The notes: a model not told the origin generated them from the sequence alone. 64,000 bases of DNA from Octopus vulgaris (GCA_951406725.2 OX597835.1:46996001-47060000), one strand, 5' to 3'. Shown: positions 13,701 through 26,790, counted from the first letter of the stretch. Program-made: numbers and translations.

Positions 13701-14170
13701 GCAGGGTTCAATGGGTAAATTGTGGCCATATTATATTTTAATTTCGCGCATGCGCATTATTTGCTGTTGATTTTGTCGACTAAAAAGTATAGTAGGGTCA
13801 GTTGGGTACCATCTGTGAGAAAAGCAGCACCATGACGCAAGTCACTCGGCCAGAAATTTGGAAACCACAGGCTTTACTGCTTGGCATTGGCACCGGAAGC
13901 TCCAATACGAACATTTCAGAGTGTTTGAGTGCCAATCTGAGGACATATACCGAGAGTCATATAAATCAAACATCCAGTCAAGGTCATGGTGTTTAAAGGG
14001 ATCACTAGCGTTGGTGACGTTATGCATCCAGTCATCTTCCCACACGGCCACAGATTCAGAACGGAGGCCTACATCAAATGCCTGGAGGAAGTAGTACTGT
14101 CTTGGGTCAAGAGGGTGGCTGCTGGCAACACAAGCAACATCACCCCTAATATCTGGCCAACTAATACCCC
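13701..14170 (+). mobile_element. internally deleted Tc1/mariner (maT/DD37D-like) transposon remnant
   Basis: HTH-like N-terminus (MTQVTRPEIWK...NISECLSANLRT) joined to a catalytic-domain segment HPVKVMVFKGITSVGDVMHPVIFPHGHRFRTEAYIKCLEEVVLSWVKRVAAG, resembling the VMVWG..S..G...L.F.....+..E.Y...LE..+.PW motif. Confidence 0.75.
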
Positions 14171-14186
14171 AGACTGCTGCAACACC

Positions 14187-14269
<83 letters not shown>

Positions 14270-14273
14270 TATT

Positions 14274-14531
<258 letters not shown>

Positions 14532-14541
14532 CATTATTATT

Positions 14542-14618
<77 letters not shown>

Positions 14619-14918
14619 CATTATTATTATTATTATTATTGTTATTATACATACATACACACACACATATTCACAGAGAGAGGTGTATGTACATATTTTT
14701 GCATGCATATGTATATTTATATGTATATATGTGTAAGTATGAGTGTTCACACACACACACATGCACATAAATGCATCCATCCATCCATTCATCCATACAT
14801 ACATACATGCATACATACATACATACATACATACATACATACATACATACATAATACATACATACATACATACATACATACATACATACAAACATACATA
14901 CATACATACATACATACA

Positions 14919-14955
<37 letters not shown>

Positions 14956-15025
14956 AGAGGATGAGTGAAAGATTTATGTCGATGTACAATTACTAAAGAT
15001 AAAGGCACTGTCCATCACCTGCAAT

Positions 15026-15073
<48 letters not shown>

Positions 15074-15322
15074 GTCGTCGTCGTCGTCGTCATCATCATC
15101 ATCATCATCATTATTATCAGAATCACCAAAGCGTGGATTTCCTACGTAATTCACAACGCTGATTATCATGATGATAATGTTCTGGGGGAGGAAGAAGAGG
15201 AAAATTTCGATTGAGTCACCGATGATGATGATGATGATGATGACGAGGACGACGCCGACGAAAAGGTGTGGGGGACATATACGTGTGTAGCAATTAAGGA
15301 ATAAGACAAAGGGACGACTCAC

Positions 15323-15341
15323 CTTGAAAAACCCAGCACAC
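15323..15341 (-). CDS. tll: tailless/TLX 19-nt micro-exon (G-CAGFFK, second half of P-box/recognition helix)
   Basis: Minus strand AAATTTATATTTTTCAG|G TGT GCT GGG TTT TTC AAG|GTGAGT. It supplies exactly the residues missing between the flanking exons (CDG-CAGFFK-RSIRR), and phases match on both sides (2 in, 0 out). Confidence 0.93.
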
Positions 15342-15385
15342 CTGAAAAATATAAATTTTGGATAAATTATACATGAGGTATATAA

Positions 15386-15516
<131 letters not shown>

Positions 15517-15684
15517 GCACACACACTTACATATATATATATATTGAGAGAAAAAGAGAGATTTATACATACACACACATGTGTGTGTGTCTGTATATAT
15601 GTATGTATATACACACATAAGTGTGTGTTAGTGTGTGTATGTATGATATTAGTACCAAGAAACGCAATAACTATAATTAGTATG

Positions 15685-15951
15685 AAACAATATGGGAGAC
15701 CACTAAGTGGATCTCTTGTATGCTAAAGATAGACGTCAAACCGTACCACTAAATCTGTGATCTCAACTTAGCAAGACGCGAGATGTTTACGAGCTAAACA
15801 AATGAAAAGTGCTATGTTTGTTTCTTTTCATTTGTCTTGCTCGTAAGCATCTAGCGTCTTGCTAAGTTGAGATCACAGATTTAGTGGTAAGACGGTTTGA
15901 CGTCTATTTTTAGCATACGAGCGATCCATATAGTGATCTCTCATCTTGTTT
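15685..15951. repeat. imperfect ~125-bp-arm fold-back element
   Basis: For example TACCACTAAATCTGTGATCTCAACTTAGCAAGACGC pairs with GCGTCTTGCTAAGTTGAGATCACAGATTTAGTGGTA. Loop 15810-15823. A diverged single arm lies at ~37270-37405. Confidence 0.9.
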
Positions 15952-16337
15952 ATGTTTAAATAGAATTCGCGGTCCTCGGACATTTTTAAGTATGCTGACC
16001 ACTAGTTGAAACCGATGTCATTTAATGTAGGCGCGTGTTTCCGTAAGCAAGAGACTTACATCTTCATTATTTCAATGAGAATATAAGCTGCTGGTTTTCA
16101 GAAACGCGTGTATGTTACAAATCTTTAAAATGTCGTTTACTTTCTCTTCGTTTCGTATCACCTTTATAATATGGATCGAACTCCGCTTCTACATTTTCCC
16201 GCGGTATGATGATCGGTTTCGTAGTGCGTAGAAAGTAAAAGTTGTGTATGAATCTGATTATTGAGCAAATGTTATCTGGTAAGATCCATGTTAGCCATTT
16301 CGAAACAAAGTCTGCTACATCCACATTCTGTGTGCGT

Positions 16338-16404
<67 letters not shown>

Positions 16405-16526
16405 CTTGTGATATATATATATATATATATATATAGCTCAAATTTACAGAAAGGAAAAGACGAAGACCGGTGAAGAAGCAACAAGTAAATGTATTAGTTT
16501 AACGCTTGGGAAGAATGGAAAAAAAT

Positions 16527-16562
16527 CTTTGACGTTTCGAGCTTATGCTCTTTGTCAAAAAG
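16527..16562 (-). ncRNA. minimal hammerhead-like motif, U3-A8 core variant with extra A after A9
   Basis: Minus strand CTTT-TTGACAA-A-GAGC-ATAA-GCTC-GAAAC-GTC-AAAG. Stems I and II are perfect 4-bp helices. Stem III is reduced to the palindrome ACGU. Confidence 0.55.
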
Positions 16563-17486
16563 GATTGTGAGGTAAAAAATCGGGGAGAAAACGAAAGCAC
16601 GGAGAAAAGAAATGGTTAGGGATTAACGGTTCAGCATGATGAAATGATTGAGAGAAAGAGGTTGAATGAAAAGGAGAAAATAACGGTGACCCGACCGATT
16701 TAGGATGCGCCAGCGCGTATGCAAACTCTTGTGTTTAGCAGTTGATGTGTGCTTGTTCGGGTGGTGTGTGCACGTGTGTATGTGTGTGTGTGTGCGCGTG
16801 TGTGTGTGATCCTATAGTGTGCATGTGTATTGTGTATTTTTGTATGCGAAAGTTGTATGTGTTTATGCGTGTTGCGTGTGTGTATATTGTTAATTTTGAG
16901 GCCGGTTCCGTGCATGTGCACTGTGCGTGCCTTTCGGGGTGGATGCTGTGTGTTGTGGGGGGAAAGCATAGAGGTGTCGGGTGTGAAGGGAGGTAGGATA
17001 GTTGTGGTGGGAATGCACATACACATATAACGATAATTAAAAGCTCAACATTAAACACCAACACATTGTTAGGTTGCAGTCAATCCAAGTATACACAGAA
17101 TCCCTTAAAACCATCTTTAAGGGTCACATATTTAGAATATAAGCAGAAAAACATAAAATGTTACTTATAGCCTACAGTTCAATTCAACTCAACAGAAGTT
17201 TCATTAGTATGAACATCATTAAATGTATAATTACATTATTGTGATACATAATTAATTTGCATAAAATGATTTAAATTAAATCCATTCACTCAAATTGTCA
17301 GGAATATTTCTCCTAATTTCTTTTTTTAATAATAAAGTTGGGTGATTTGAAAGAATTTTGTACTGTTTTTGTCAGACTGAGCAACCAGGGAGAAGGGTTT
17401 TCCCGTTGATCTGACTCAATTTCAGTGTATACGTATATATTTGAACAAAGATATAAAACAAGGGAGTTTCTGAGAGAGCAACTTAC

Positions 17487-17568
17487 CCGTCACAAGCGTA
17501 TATTCCATAGTGTTTACCCGATGAATGGTCTTGGCACACTTTGCAGGGTACATCAACCAGTATCCGAC
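17487..17568 (-). CDS. tll: tailless/TLX (NR2E1/NR2E2) nuclear receptor, coding exon for first zinc finger ([28 protein letters not shown])
   Basis: Minus-strand reading TCTCTTTAAAAG|GT CGG ATA CTG...GCT TGT GAC GG|GTAAGT. 82 nt, AG/GT splice sites, phase 1 start and phase 2 end. The peptide matches the tailless signature [23 protein letters not shown]. Confidence 0.96.
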
Positions 17569-18027
17569 CTTTTAAAGAGAAAATATTCGCAATGAGGGGC
17601 AACGAAGATAACTGCATTTTGTACTTCAAAGACGAGAATATCGTATTAAATGGTTCCACTTTCATACAATCGTTTGTATTTACACCATTACTCTTATATT
17701 TGTTTCAGTCAATGGACTGCGGCCAACTGGAGCACCAGCTCGAGACGTTCGTCGAACAAATTCAATTCACTATATAGCTTATATTTCATTTTTTATATGT
17801 TTCAGGCATTAGATTGCCGCCATGCTGGGGCACCTCCTTGAAGAATTTCAAACGATAGAATCGCCCCTAATGCTTATTCTTTTAAAGCCTGGTGCTTATT
17901 CTATTGGTCTCTTTTGCCGAACCGCTAAGTAACGGGGCTGTAAACAAACCAACACCGGTCGTCAAGCAGGAGGGAGACAAGCACTGACACAAATACACGC
18001 ACATATAAATAAATATATATGTGTGTG

Positions 18028-18081
<54 letters not shown>

Positions 18082-18176
18082 TATATGTATATATATTGTA
18101 TATATATAAAGAATAAAGAGAAAATGGAGAGGTAGTTAATAAAATATTATTTATTAATTATAAAGTATGACAACAT

Positions 18177-18260
18177 CTCTGACAGCTGTTTCGATTCAGT
18201 AATCTTTAGATAATTAATTTACAAAATTAAAATCATTATAAGATGAATCTCTTCAGAGGT
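18177..18260 (-). ncRNA. type I hammerhead ribozyme motif, canonical core, 45-nt stem II loop
   Basis: Minus strand ACCT-CTGAAGA-GATTCA-[45 nt]-TGAATC-GAAAC-AGCT-GTC-AGAG. Intact CUGANGA/GAAA/GUC core, 6-bp stem II, palindromic stem III ACAGCUGU. Stem I has only 2 clean pairs. Confidence 0.7.
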
Positions 18261-18351
18261 AGTAAAGATATACCGATTAGAAATACATGTTGAAATAAAA
18301 GCTGTAAACCATTATATATGTTATATATATATACATATATATATATATAAC

Positions 18352-18382
<31 letters not shown>

Positions 18383-18385
18383 TAC

Positions 18386-18455
<70 letters not shown>

Positions 18456-18733
18456 TACATATATGTAATGTAGGATAAAACCTTTTTCGAAAAAAATTCT
18501 TTTCCAAAAAAAATGTTATCAATGGCCAGCATATTAAAAAATACCTTTAAAGGTTAAATTTATAAATTCATATATATATATGAATTGTGTATACATGTAT
18601 GTATACATATATATATATATATGTATGTATACATGTATGTATACATATATATATATATATGTATACATACATACATATATATATGTATATATACGTACGC
18701 ATATTTATATATGTATATATACGCTTATATATA

Positions 18734-18791
<58 letters not shown>

Positions 18792-18805
<14 letters not shown>

Positions 18806-19103
18806 AATTAGGTAATCAGATCGGATGGTTCATATTTATAGATATTTATTTATATATTACATTTTATACATATATATATCTATCATATCATTCAGATCAT
18901 ATCATTCGGATTATTAGCGCTTTCTCCCAATCCAGTGGGGTTTTCAAATCAAATCAATTCCTTTGTGGGGAATTTGAACATTTTATAGAGTTTCGTAGTA
19001 GTGGGGAGGATTAAGACAGTGTAAGAGGATGAGGAGGAAGTGAGACAGAGAAAACATGTGTGTATGTGTGTGTGTGTGTATGTGTGTGTGTGTATGTGTG
19101 TGT

Positions 19104-19168
<65 letters not shown>

Positions 19169-19171
19169 TGT

Positions 19172-19209
<38 letters not shown>

Positions 19210-19568
19210 TTGCATCTGAGAGGGAAGAAGTATTTCCTTTGGCCTGCTGGACCCCCTGGACACACACACATACACACATGTTTTCTCTGTCTCACTTCCT
19301 CCTCACCCTCTTACACTGTCTTATTCCTCCACACTACTACGAAACTCTATAAAATGTTCAAATTCCCCACAAAGGAATTGATTTGATTTGAAAACCCCAC
19401 TGGATTGGGAGAAAGCGCTAATAATCCAAATGATATGATCTGAATGATATGATAGATATATATATGTAAAAAATGTAATATATAAATAAATATCTATAAA
19501 TATGAACCATCCGATCTGATTACCTAATTTTTTCTAATATATAACACCTGTACATCATCTCAAAACCT

Positions 19569-19575
<7 letters not shown>
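18792..19575. mobile_element. long inverted-repeat element (~280-bp arms), Penelope-like inverted pLTR candidate
   Basis: Arms 18792-~19074 and 19261-19543 differ at about 5 positions by eye. The spacer is (TG)n plus ~55 unique nt. The right arm extends ~30 nt further. Flanked by (TA)n on both sides, and each arm carries a hammerhead-like motif. Confidence 0.75.
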
Positions 19576-19648
<73 letters not shown>

Positions 19649-20045
19649 GTATGTATATGTATGTATGTATGTTTATACACGCATACGACAGGCTTCTTTC
19701 AAGGATATTATCGAAGTCACTTGTCTAATAAAAGGCGCGCAAATGAACTGAACCCATCACTAAAAGGTTTGAAAATGAATTTCTTAACCACACAGCCTCT
19801 ATAGACAGACAGACAGACAGATAAATAGGTAGATAAGTACAGAGAGAGGAAAGAAAGGAAGGAAGGAAGGAAGAAAGTGGGAGAGAGAGAGAGAAATGTG
19901 TTAGTATGTAGATCTAATGCTATTAATTCTTAGTTGAAAGCGTTAACATCTACATTAGGATGTAGATTTGCACACCCAAACTTATGCTCCGTACACAGAC
20001 ACATCAGGAGAGTCGCAGACACAGGAAGAAAGGGAGAGAGAACAA

Positions 20046-20080
<35 letters not shown>

Positions 20081-20293
20081 CGAGAGGAAGAGAGATAGAG
20101 AGAAATACCATAACACTTGTTAAAGCTACAGAAATCAAAAATTTGGTATTATATTGTAATCTTGTCAAGAAATCTTCCGACATTATTTCACCGGAAGTTG
20201 TATTGGTATTTCTTGAGCTCCTAGACGGCAATCAAGGCTGTATGTATATATGTGTATATGTGTAATGTATATGAGTGCTTACATGTGTATATA

Positions 20294-20339
<46 letters not shown>

Positions 20340-20941
20340 GTTTCTCGTTGCTATTGGCTTTCCACGGTCTTTATTTAATAATCACAAGAACACACAACAA
20401 CCGACTGAAGAAACAAATCTAACAAGCATTCTGATATGGATTGTCTCCGGCCGCGACAAAAGGGATTACAAGTTTAGATTCCTCTACCCACCACCCTCCA
20501 CCCCCGCCGCACACACATACGCACGCATACACACAAACACAAGTATACACGAACACAAATACACATGCACTCACGAACACACACGAATACACACGAATAC
20601 ACACGAATACACACGAATACACACACGTACACATAAACTGCCTATGAAAACGTGTTTAAATACGTCCGCATGCAATGACACACATCCTTTCATATATATA
20701 CATATATATATGTGTGTGTGTGTGTGTATTTTTGTGTCTGCGTGTGTATATATGTATATGTGTAAATATGTATATGTGTATATATGTATGCATGTATGTA
20801 TGTATATATATATGTGTGTGTATATACGTGTACACTCACACATACGTATGCATATATGAATGCATAATACGTATGTATATATATATATATATGAAACTTA
20901 GTGACACATATACATATACACACATACCTATATGTATTTAT

Positions 20942-21001
<60 letters not shown>

Positions 21002-21399
21002 ACGGTATTTGTATAATAAATAAAAAGCAAATCCCTTATTTGCCATAATCTCTCACAACTTTGTCCAGTTATTTCTCGCAATCTTTCTTTCCTCTTTCGT
21101 TCGTCTCTTCTCTTCACTTTTTGCTTTTTCTTCTTAATGTTTTTTCATCCGTTTTCACTCCTTCATCCCTTTCTACTCTGTCCTACCCTTCTGCTTCTCG
21201 TTCGTCTTTCTGTCTTTTCTTTCTTTCTTTCTTTCTTTCTTCTTCTTCTTCTTCTTCTTCTTCTTCTTCTTCTTCTTCTTCTTCTTCTTCCGTCTCTACT
21301 TCCTTCTTTTGTTCTCGCGTATATTTCTTCTTCTTTTCTTTTCTTCCTCCTCCTCCTCCTCCTCCGTCTCCTTCTCTTTTTCTTCCTCCTCCTCCTCCT

Positions 21400-21432
<33 letters not shown>

Positions 21433-22262
21433 TCATCTATATTGTTCTGTCTTTTCTGACCACCGCCAATATTCAAAACACTCCATCACCACTACCACCA
21501 CCACCATCGCCACTACCGCCAACATCTACCACTACCACCACCATCACCACCACCATCGCCACTACCGCCAACATCTACCACCAAAACCACTACCACCACC
21601 ACCACCACCATCACCACCACCACCACCACCACCACCACCACCACCATCGCCGCTACCGCCAACATCTACCACCACCACCACTAGATCCATCACACACCAA
21701 TGCTAACGACTACCAACCATTTCCCTCACCTGCATTGAAGTCACCGCCAGCAACAACACCAACACAAGCGTCGCATGTCGTCTTCGAAATATACCAAATA
21801 ATACCGTTTCAGAAACCCACCTAAACTAATTCCCGCAAACCTCGGAGGAAACCTGAATGATTTAAAGTGCATAAATCTTAAACGAAGGGGTCAGTTAATT
21901 AAATCGGCTCCCAACAAGCTTTTCTGGGGCTAGTAATCAACTAAACAGCTTCACTTTATCAACCTCAGAAGCTTAGAAGCTGATAATGACTGACGAAGAG
22001 GAGGAGGCAGAAGATAAGAAGTAGGAGGGGGTAAGAAAGAAGAGGGTAAGAATGGGGAATATGATGGTTTTTTTGTTTTTATATATTATTTCTAATAAAT
22101 AAAACAAAAGAACACAAAACACGAAATCACCAACAAATGAACAAGATAAACTTAATCAGTGATCCGCTTCTATCGACACCGTCCAAGTCTTTGGATCACT
22201 CTTTAGGGAAGCCCCTGTTCAAAGTAGTTGACGACCATGTTTCTAACCAATCACCAGTCATG

Positions 22263-22500
22263 AAAACCCTGAAACATCTGAAGGACACTGCCCTTCCTCT
22301 CACTCTTCACAGAAACCCTGAAAAACCGAAGGGAACTGCTCTTCCGTCCTCTAGTAAAATAAGCCCCGAAAAAGCCGAAGGATGTTGCCCTTTCACCCAT
22401 TTTTCACAAAAATCTTGAGCAAGCCGAAGGACGCTGCCCTCCTTCCTACTAAAATCGGAAATTTAGGAAACGGTCAAGGGTTTTTGCCTCCGTCGTAATC
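22263..22500. repeat. degenerate ~48-bp minisatellite
   Basis: Units AAACCCTGAAA..CCGAAGGAC.CTGCCCTTCC.. repeated 4-5 times. More diverged units at ~22990-23280. Confidence 0.65.
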
Positions 22501-22544
22501 TGTGACGGAAAGTTGGAGCGAAAATCATACGCCCTTTAATATTG

Positions 22545-22942
22545 GTTTCAAATTTTGGCACTAGATCATCAAGTTCTGAGGAGGGGATAAGTCGATTACA
22601 TTGAACTCAGTGCTTGAATGCACCTTATTTTATCGACTCTGGAAGAATCAAAGGCAAAGTCGACCTCGACGGAATTTGAATTGAAATGCCGTCAAGCATT
22701 TTTACAGGCATGCTAACGTTTCTTATTTCTTTATTGCCCACAAGAGGCTAAACATAGAGGGGACAAACAAACGGATTAAGTCGTTTAGATCGACCCCAGT
22801 GAGTAACTGGTACTTAATTTATCGACCCCGAAAGGATGAAAGGCAAAGTCGACCCCGGCGGAATTTGAACTCACAACGTAACAGCGGACGAAATACCGCT
22901 AAGCATCTCGTCCGGTGTGCTAACGTTTCTGCCAGCTCGCCA
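22545..22942 (-). mobile_element. compound SINE family A (two copies) with flanking 13-bp direct repeat
   Basis: Two family A bodies. CCCTTTAATATTG at 22532-22544 and 22953-22965. Confidence 0.8.
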
Positions 22943-23893
22943 CAGTCGCGCACCCTTTAATATTGCCTATCTCTGAAATCCTAAAACTCTTCTCTTCCTC
23001 CTAACAGACTAGAAAACCATGTAAAAGACTCAAGATTGTCGCCTTTCCTCGTGACGGTCTTTTTTAGGTGCATTCGAGAACCAGGTCTCCTGTCTGGAGA
23101 TAACTTCTCGCCCCAAACCAGTCACTGAAACCACGAGAAAACGAAGGGCGCTGCTCTATCTCCTACTAAAGTCAGGCATCTGTTAAAGGGTCAAGGGTAT
23201 TTCTACTTCCTTCCGCTGGGGACAGGGTCTGCTAAAAGTAAGAACATGCTACTCTATATCTACCGAATGTTAAAAGCCTTGAAAACGATTATAAAAGACA
23301 CAATGAATAAAGAAAAACTCCAAAGAGTTCCATCGGAATCGAAACGTTACTCTTTTATGTCGGAAATGCAGCGGAAACAAAAAAGGTAAAGTGTGACGTC
23401 TTCCTCACTGACACCACCACCAACACAATCATCATCACCACCACCATCATCACTACCACCATCATCATTATCATCAGCTCAACCATGTTAGCCCTTAACT
23501 AGCTCCATCCTCTCAACACACACACATAGAAACACGCATTCTCTTTCTCTCTCTCTCTCTCCTTCTCATGCTCGCGCGTGCGCTGCAAATACTCAATACA
23601 AAGCTAACCGAAGTTATTTCGTAATTTACTATGTTTTTCGTTTTTGTTATTTTATTTTATTTCAGTTTGTTTCAACACAATTTACAAGAAACAAATATTG
23701 ATGTAAAAACAACAAACAAACAAAAAGAAGACACGAAAAGTGAAAACATTCGCTGTTAGAGACGTAATTCTTGTGATTATCGAGGAAAAGGGGGAGGGGG
23801 AGGAGGAGGGGAGGAGGAAGAGGAGGAGGTGGAGGAGTTTGAGAGACGATGAAGAAGAAAAAGAAGACGAAGAAGGAACGGCGAAGGCGTTGC

Positions 23894-23924
<31 letters not shown>

Positions 23925-24196
23925 GGTGGCTGTGGTGGAAGTGGGTGTTGTAGAACGAAAGTGTTTGGGTTTAATGTTTGACGCGTCAGACAAAACAGGT
24001 TAAGAATGATTTTTAGAGTTGTGTCAGAGGCAAAAACCTTTGCCAACGAACCGCCAAACGCTTCTGTCCACCTCACAAAACTCTAAACAAACACTCAACA
24101 TACTTTACAATTACGGTTTCAAACTTCACCGACGGCACTCGCTGCTCAAATAAATTAAATAAATAAATAAGAACTAACAGGAGGGAACATTCTATT

Positions 24197-24422
24197 ATTT
24201 GTTTCAGTCATTTGACTGCGGTCATGCTGGAGCACCGCCTTTAGTCGAACAAATCGCCCCCCAAGACTTATTCTTTGTAAGCCTAGTACCTATTCTATCG
24301 GTCTCTTTTGCCGAAACACTAAGTTACAGGTACGTAAGCACACCAGTATCTGTTGTCAAGCGATGGTGGGTGGGTGGGAGACAAACACAGGCACACAACA
24401 AACATACACCCCACACACACAG

Positions 24423-24463
<41 letters not shown>

Positions 24464-24628
24464 TACGACGGGCTTCTTTCAGTTTCCCTATACCAAATCC
24501 CCTCGCAAGGCTTTGGTAGGCCTGAGGCTATAGTGAAAGACACTTGCCCAAGGTACCACGCAGTGGGACTGAACCTGGAACCATGTGGTTGGTGTGCAAG
24601 CTACTTACCACGCAGCCACTCCTGCGCC

Positions 24629-24629
<1 letters not shown>
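24197..24629 (-). mobile_element. SINE family B, full length
   Basis: Same head, body and tail blocks as 52308-52712. Confidence 0.9.
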
Positions 24630-24708
<79 letters not shown>

Positions 24709-25789
24709 TAATAATAAAAATAATCAAGGAATTTCGATCGAATTAAATTTGATTTTCTGGCGGAAGTATGTTTGCTGGTGACATTTTCAAATTTGTTTTT
24801 GCTTCCATTTTATTTTTCATTTCTGCTGTAGTCGTTTCCTTTATTTTCTCGCTATTGTTGTTGTTATTGTTGTGGTTGTTTCTCTTGATATCGTCACTGT
24901 TCTTGGATGGTCAGACGACGCTCTTTGTTGTTGTTGCTGTTATTGTTGTCTTTTTTATGCTACTGTTGATTTTTAAAAATTTATTTTGCTGTTGTTTTTG
25001 TTCTGTTTGTTGTCGTTGCTTTGGATAGAGTCAATGATGATGTGGTTGGCTGTGGTGGTCGGACGAAATGCTTAGCGATAATTCGTCTGCGTTACGTTGT
25101 GAGTTCAAATTCCGCCGAGGTCGACTTTGCTCTTCATCCTTTCGGGGTCGGTTAAATAAGTACCAGTTACGCACTGGAGTCGATATAATCGACTTACTGT
25201 TGATGTTGTAGTTGTAATAGTTGTTGTTGTTGTTGTTGTTGTTGTTAGTGTTGTCGTTGCTTTAGGTGAGTGCTTCTTAACCCCCTTTCCCCTGTGGCCC
25301 TCTTCCAATCCCACTTTGCTCACATGCTCCCTCTTAGCCATTTGAATGTTTTAAAAAATCCTTTTATATTTGCATAATCAAATATTATAAGGAATTTTAT
25401 TTAAAAAAACTTATTAAAATATTTCATGTATTACAGAAGTATCTTTTACATTTTATCTTCTTTTACTTGTTTCAGTCAATAGACTGCGGCTATGCTGGAG
25501 CACCGCCTTGAAAAGATTCTAGCCGAACAAATCGACACCCAATACCGGTTGTCAAGCGTTGGTGGGGGTGGGGTGGCAATGAATAGTCGAATGAATTGTC
25601 GCCAGTATTTATTCTTTAAGCCTGGTATTCTATCGGTCTCTTTTGCCGAGCCACTAAGTTACGGGAACGCAAACATACCAATACCGGTTGTCAAGTGGTG
25701 GTGGCGGTTGTGGTGGTGGATGAACAAGCACAAACTCCAAGACACACACACACACCCACATATATGTATACGACGGGGTAATGAGGTAC

Positions 25790-26510
25790 TGGATTTCTTG
25801 CACATAGTAATCCACTGTCAAGGATGGTCACGGCAGGGTTACATTTGATCATTGGACTGCATTATGAACGTTGGCCTGGAGCTAAATAGTAACTATTACA
25901 ACACTAGTGGATAGAGCTTCTCGGTGAGCGCCAGACATACTAGATATTGCAGCTACATCTCTCTCAAAACTTACCTCATCTTCTGATGAAGACACTTTAA
26001 ATATCGCAAATGCTCAATATCACTAATAGGACATGATAGTCACGGCTGGCATGCTTTTGACCATATACTATTTCTCGAGCAAGGATAACCTAGGACTAAA
26101 CAGCAACTAAATACGTAAAATAACCCAGGAGTCCTCTCGATGGTTACTCTTCATATTAGAAATAGCAGCACATGTGGCTCAAACTACGCAGAACCAAAGT
26201 GTAGGAGACCTTGAAAAACGTTGGCTGGGGTGCATTGCGTTTGAAAACAAGGCGGAGAGGTCATGGCAAGAACGCATTTGATCATAGGTGTACCCAGTTA
26301 GGACTGACTTCACGAAAGCTCGAATAAACAGGAGGAAATCTGTACATGGTTGCTCGACCTGCTATAAATAGCAACCAAATTTCACTCAGATCACAGCGTA
26401 CAGTGTTTAGCAAAGAAAGAACACATTAGCTAATGTAGTCCTAGGTACATTATGTCTAAATATAAGACGGGATGGTCGCGGCTGGAATGCCTTTGATCAC
26501 TGAGGCTGGC
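25790..26510. repeat. run of diverged copies of an old interspersed repeat (…CTAGAAATAGCAGCCAAAT…)
   Basis: The motif recurs at ~25940, 26158 and 26360. Relatives at ~33500-33575, 47265-47320 and 53850-54020. Confidence 0.55.
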
Positions 26511-26539
26511 GACTACAGCGACAACAAAAACTACATCGA

Positions 26540-26692
26540 CCACCACCACAACAACAACAACAACAATAACGCAAAGTTCAACATAAATAACAACACCAAC
26601 AACCGCCATAACAACAGCAGCAGCAACAACAATAACTACTACTACAACTACAACTACAACTACTACTACTACTACTACTACAACTACTACTA

Positions 26693-26726
<34 letters not shown>

Positions 26727-26758
26727 AACTACAACTACAACTACAACTACTACTACTA

Positions 26759-26790
<32 letters not shown>

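Noticed and set aside
15961-15990. RGPR-encoding sequence resembling the T-box (HERGPR) exon
   Set aside because: Context reads NVRGPRIL and it lies upstream of the micro-exon. No true AVQHERGPR exon was found in 1-13069.
17569-17665. N-terminal part of ORF 17483..17665 (MKVEPFNT...)
   Set aside because: It lies upstream of a good splice acceptor at 17569-17570 with no similarity to tll, so it is treated as intron read-through.
21730-21860. Possible tll first exon ending GCAG|GTGAGG
   Set aside because: The phase-1 frame has an in-frame TGA and no ATG, and the ATG CAG reading gives phase 0, incompatible with the next exon. It could still be non-coding.
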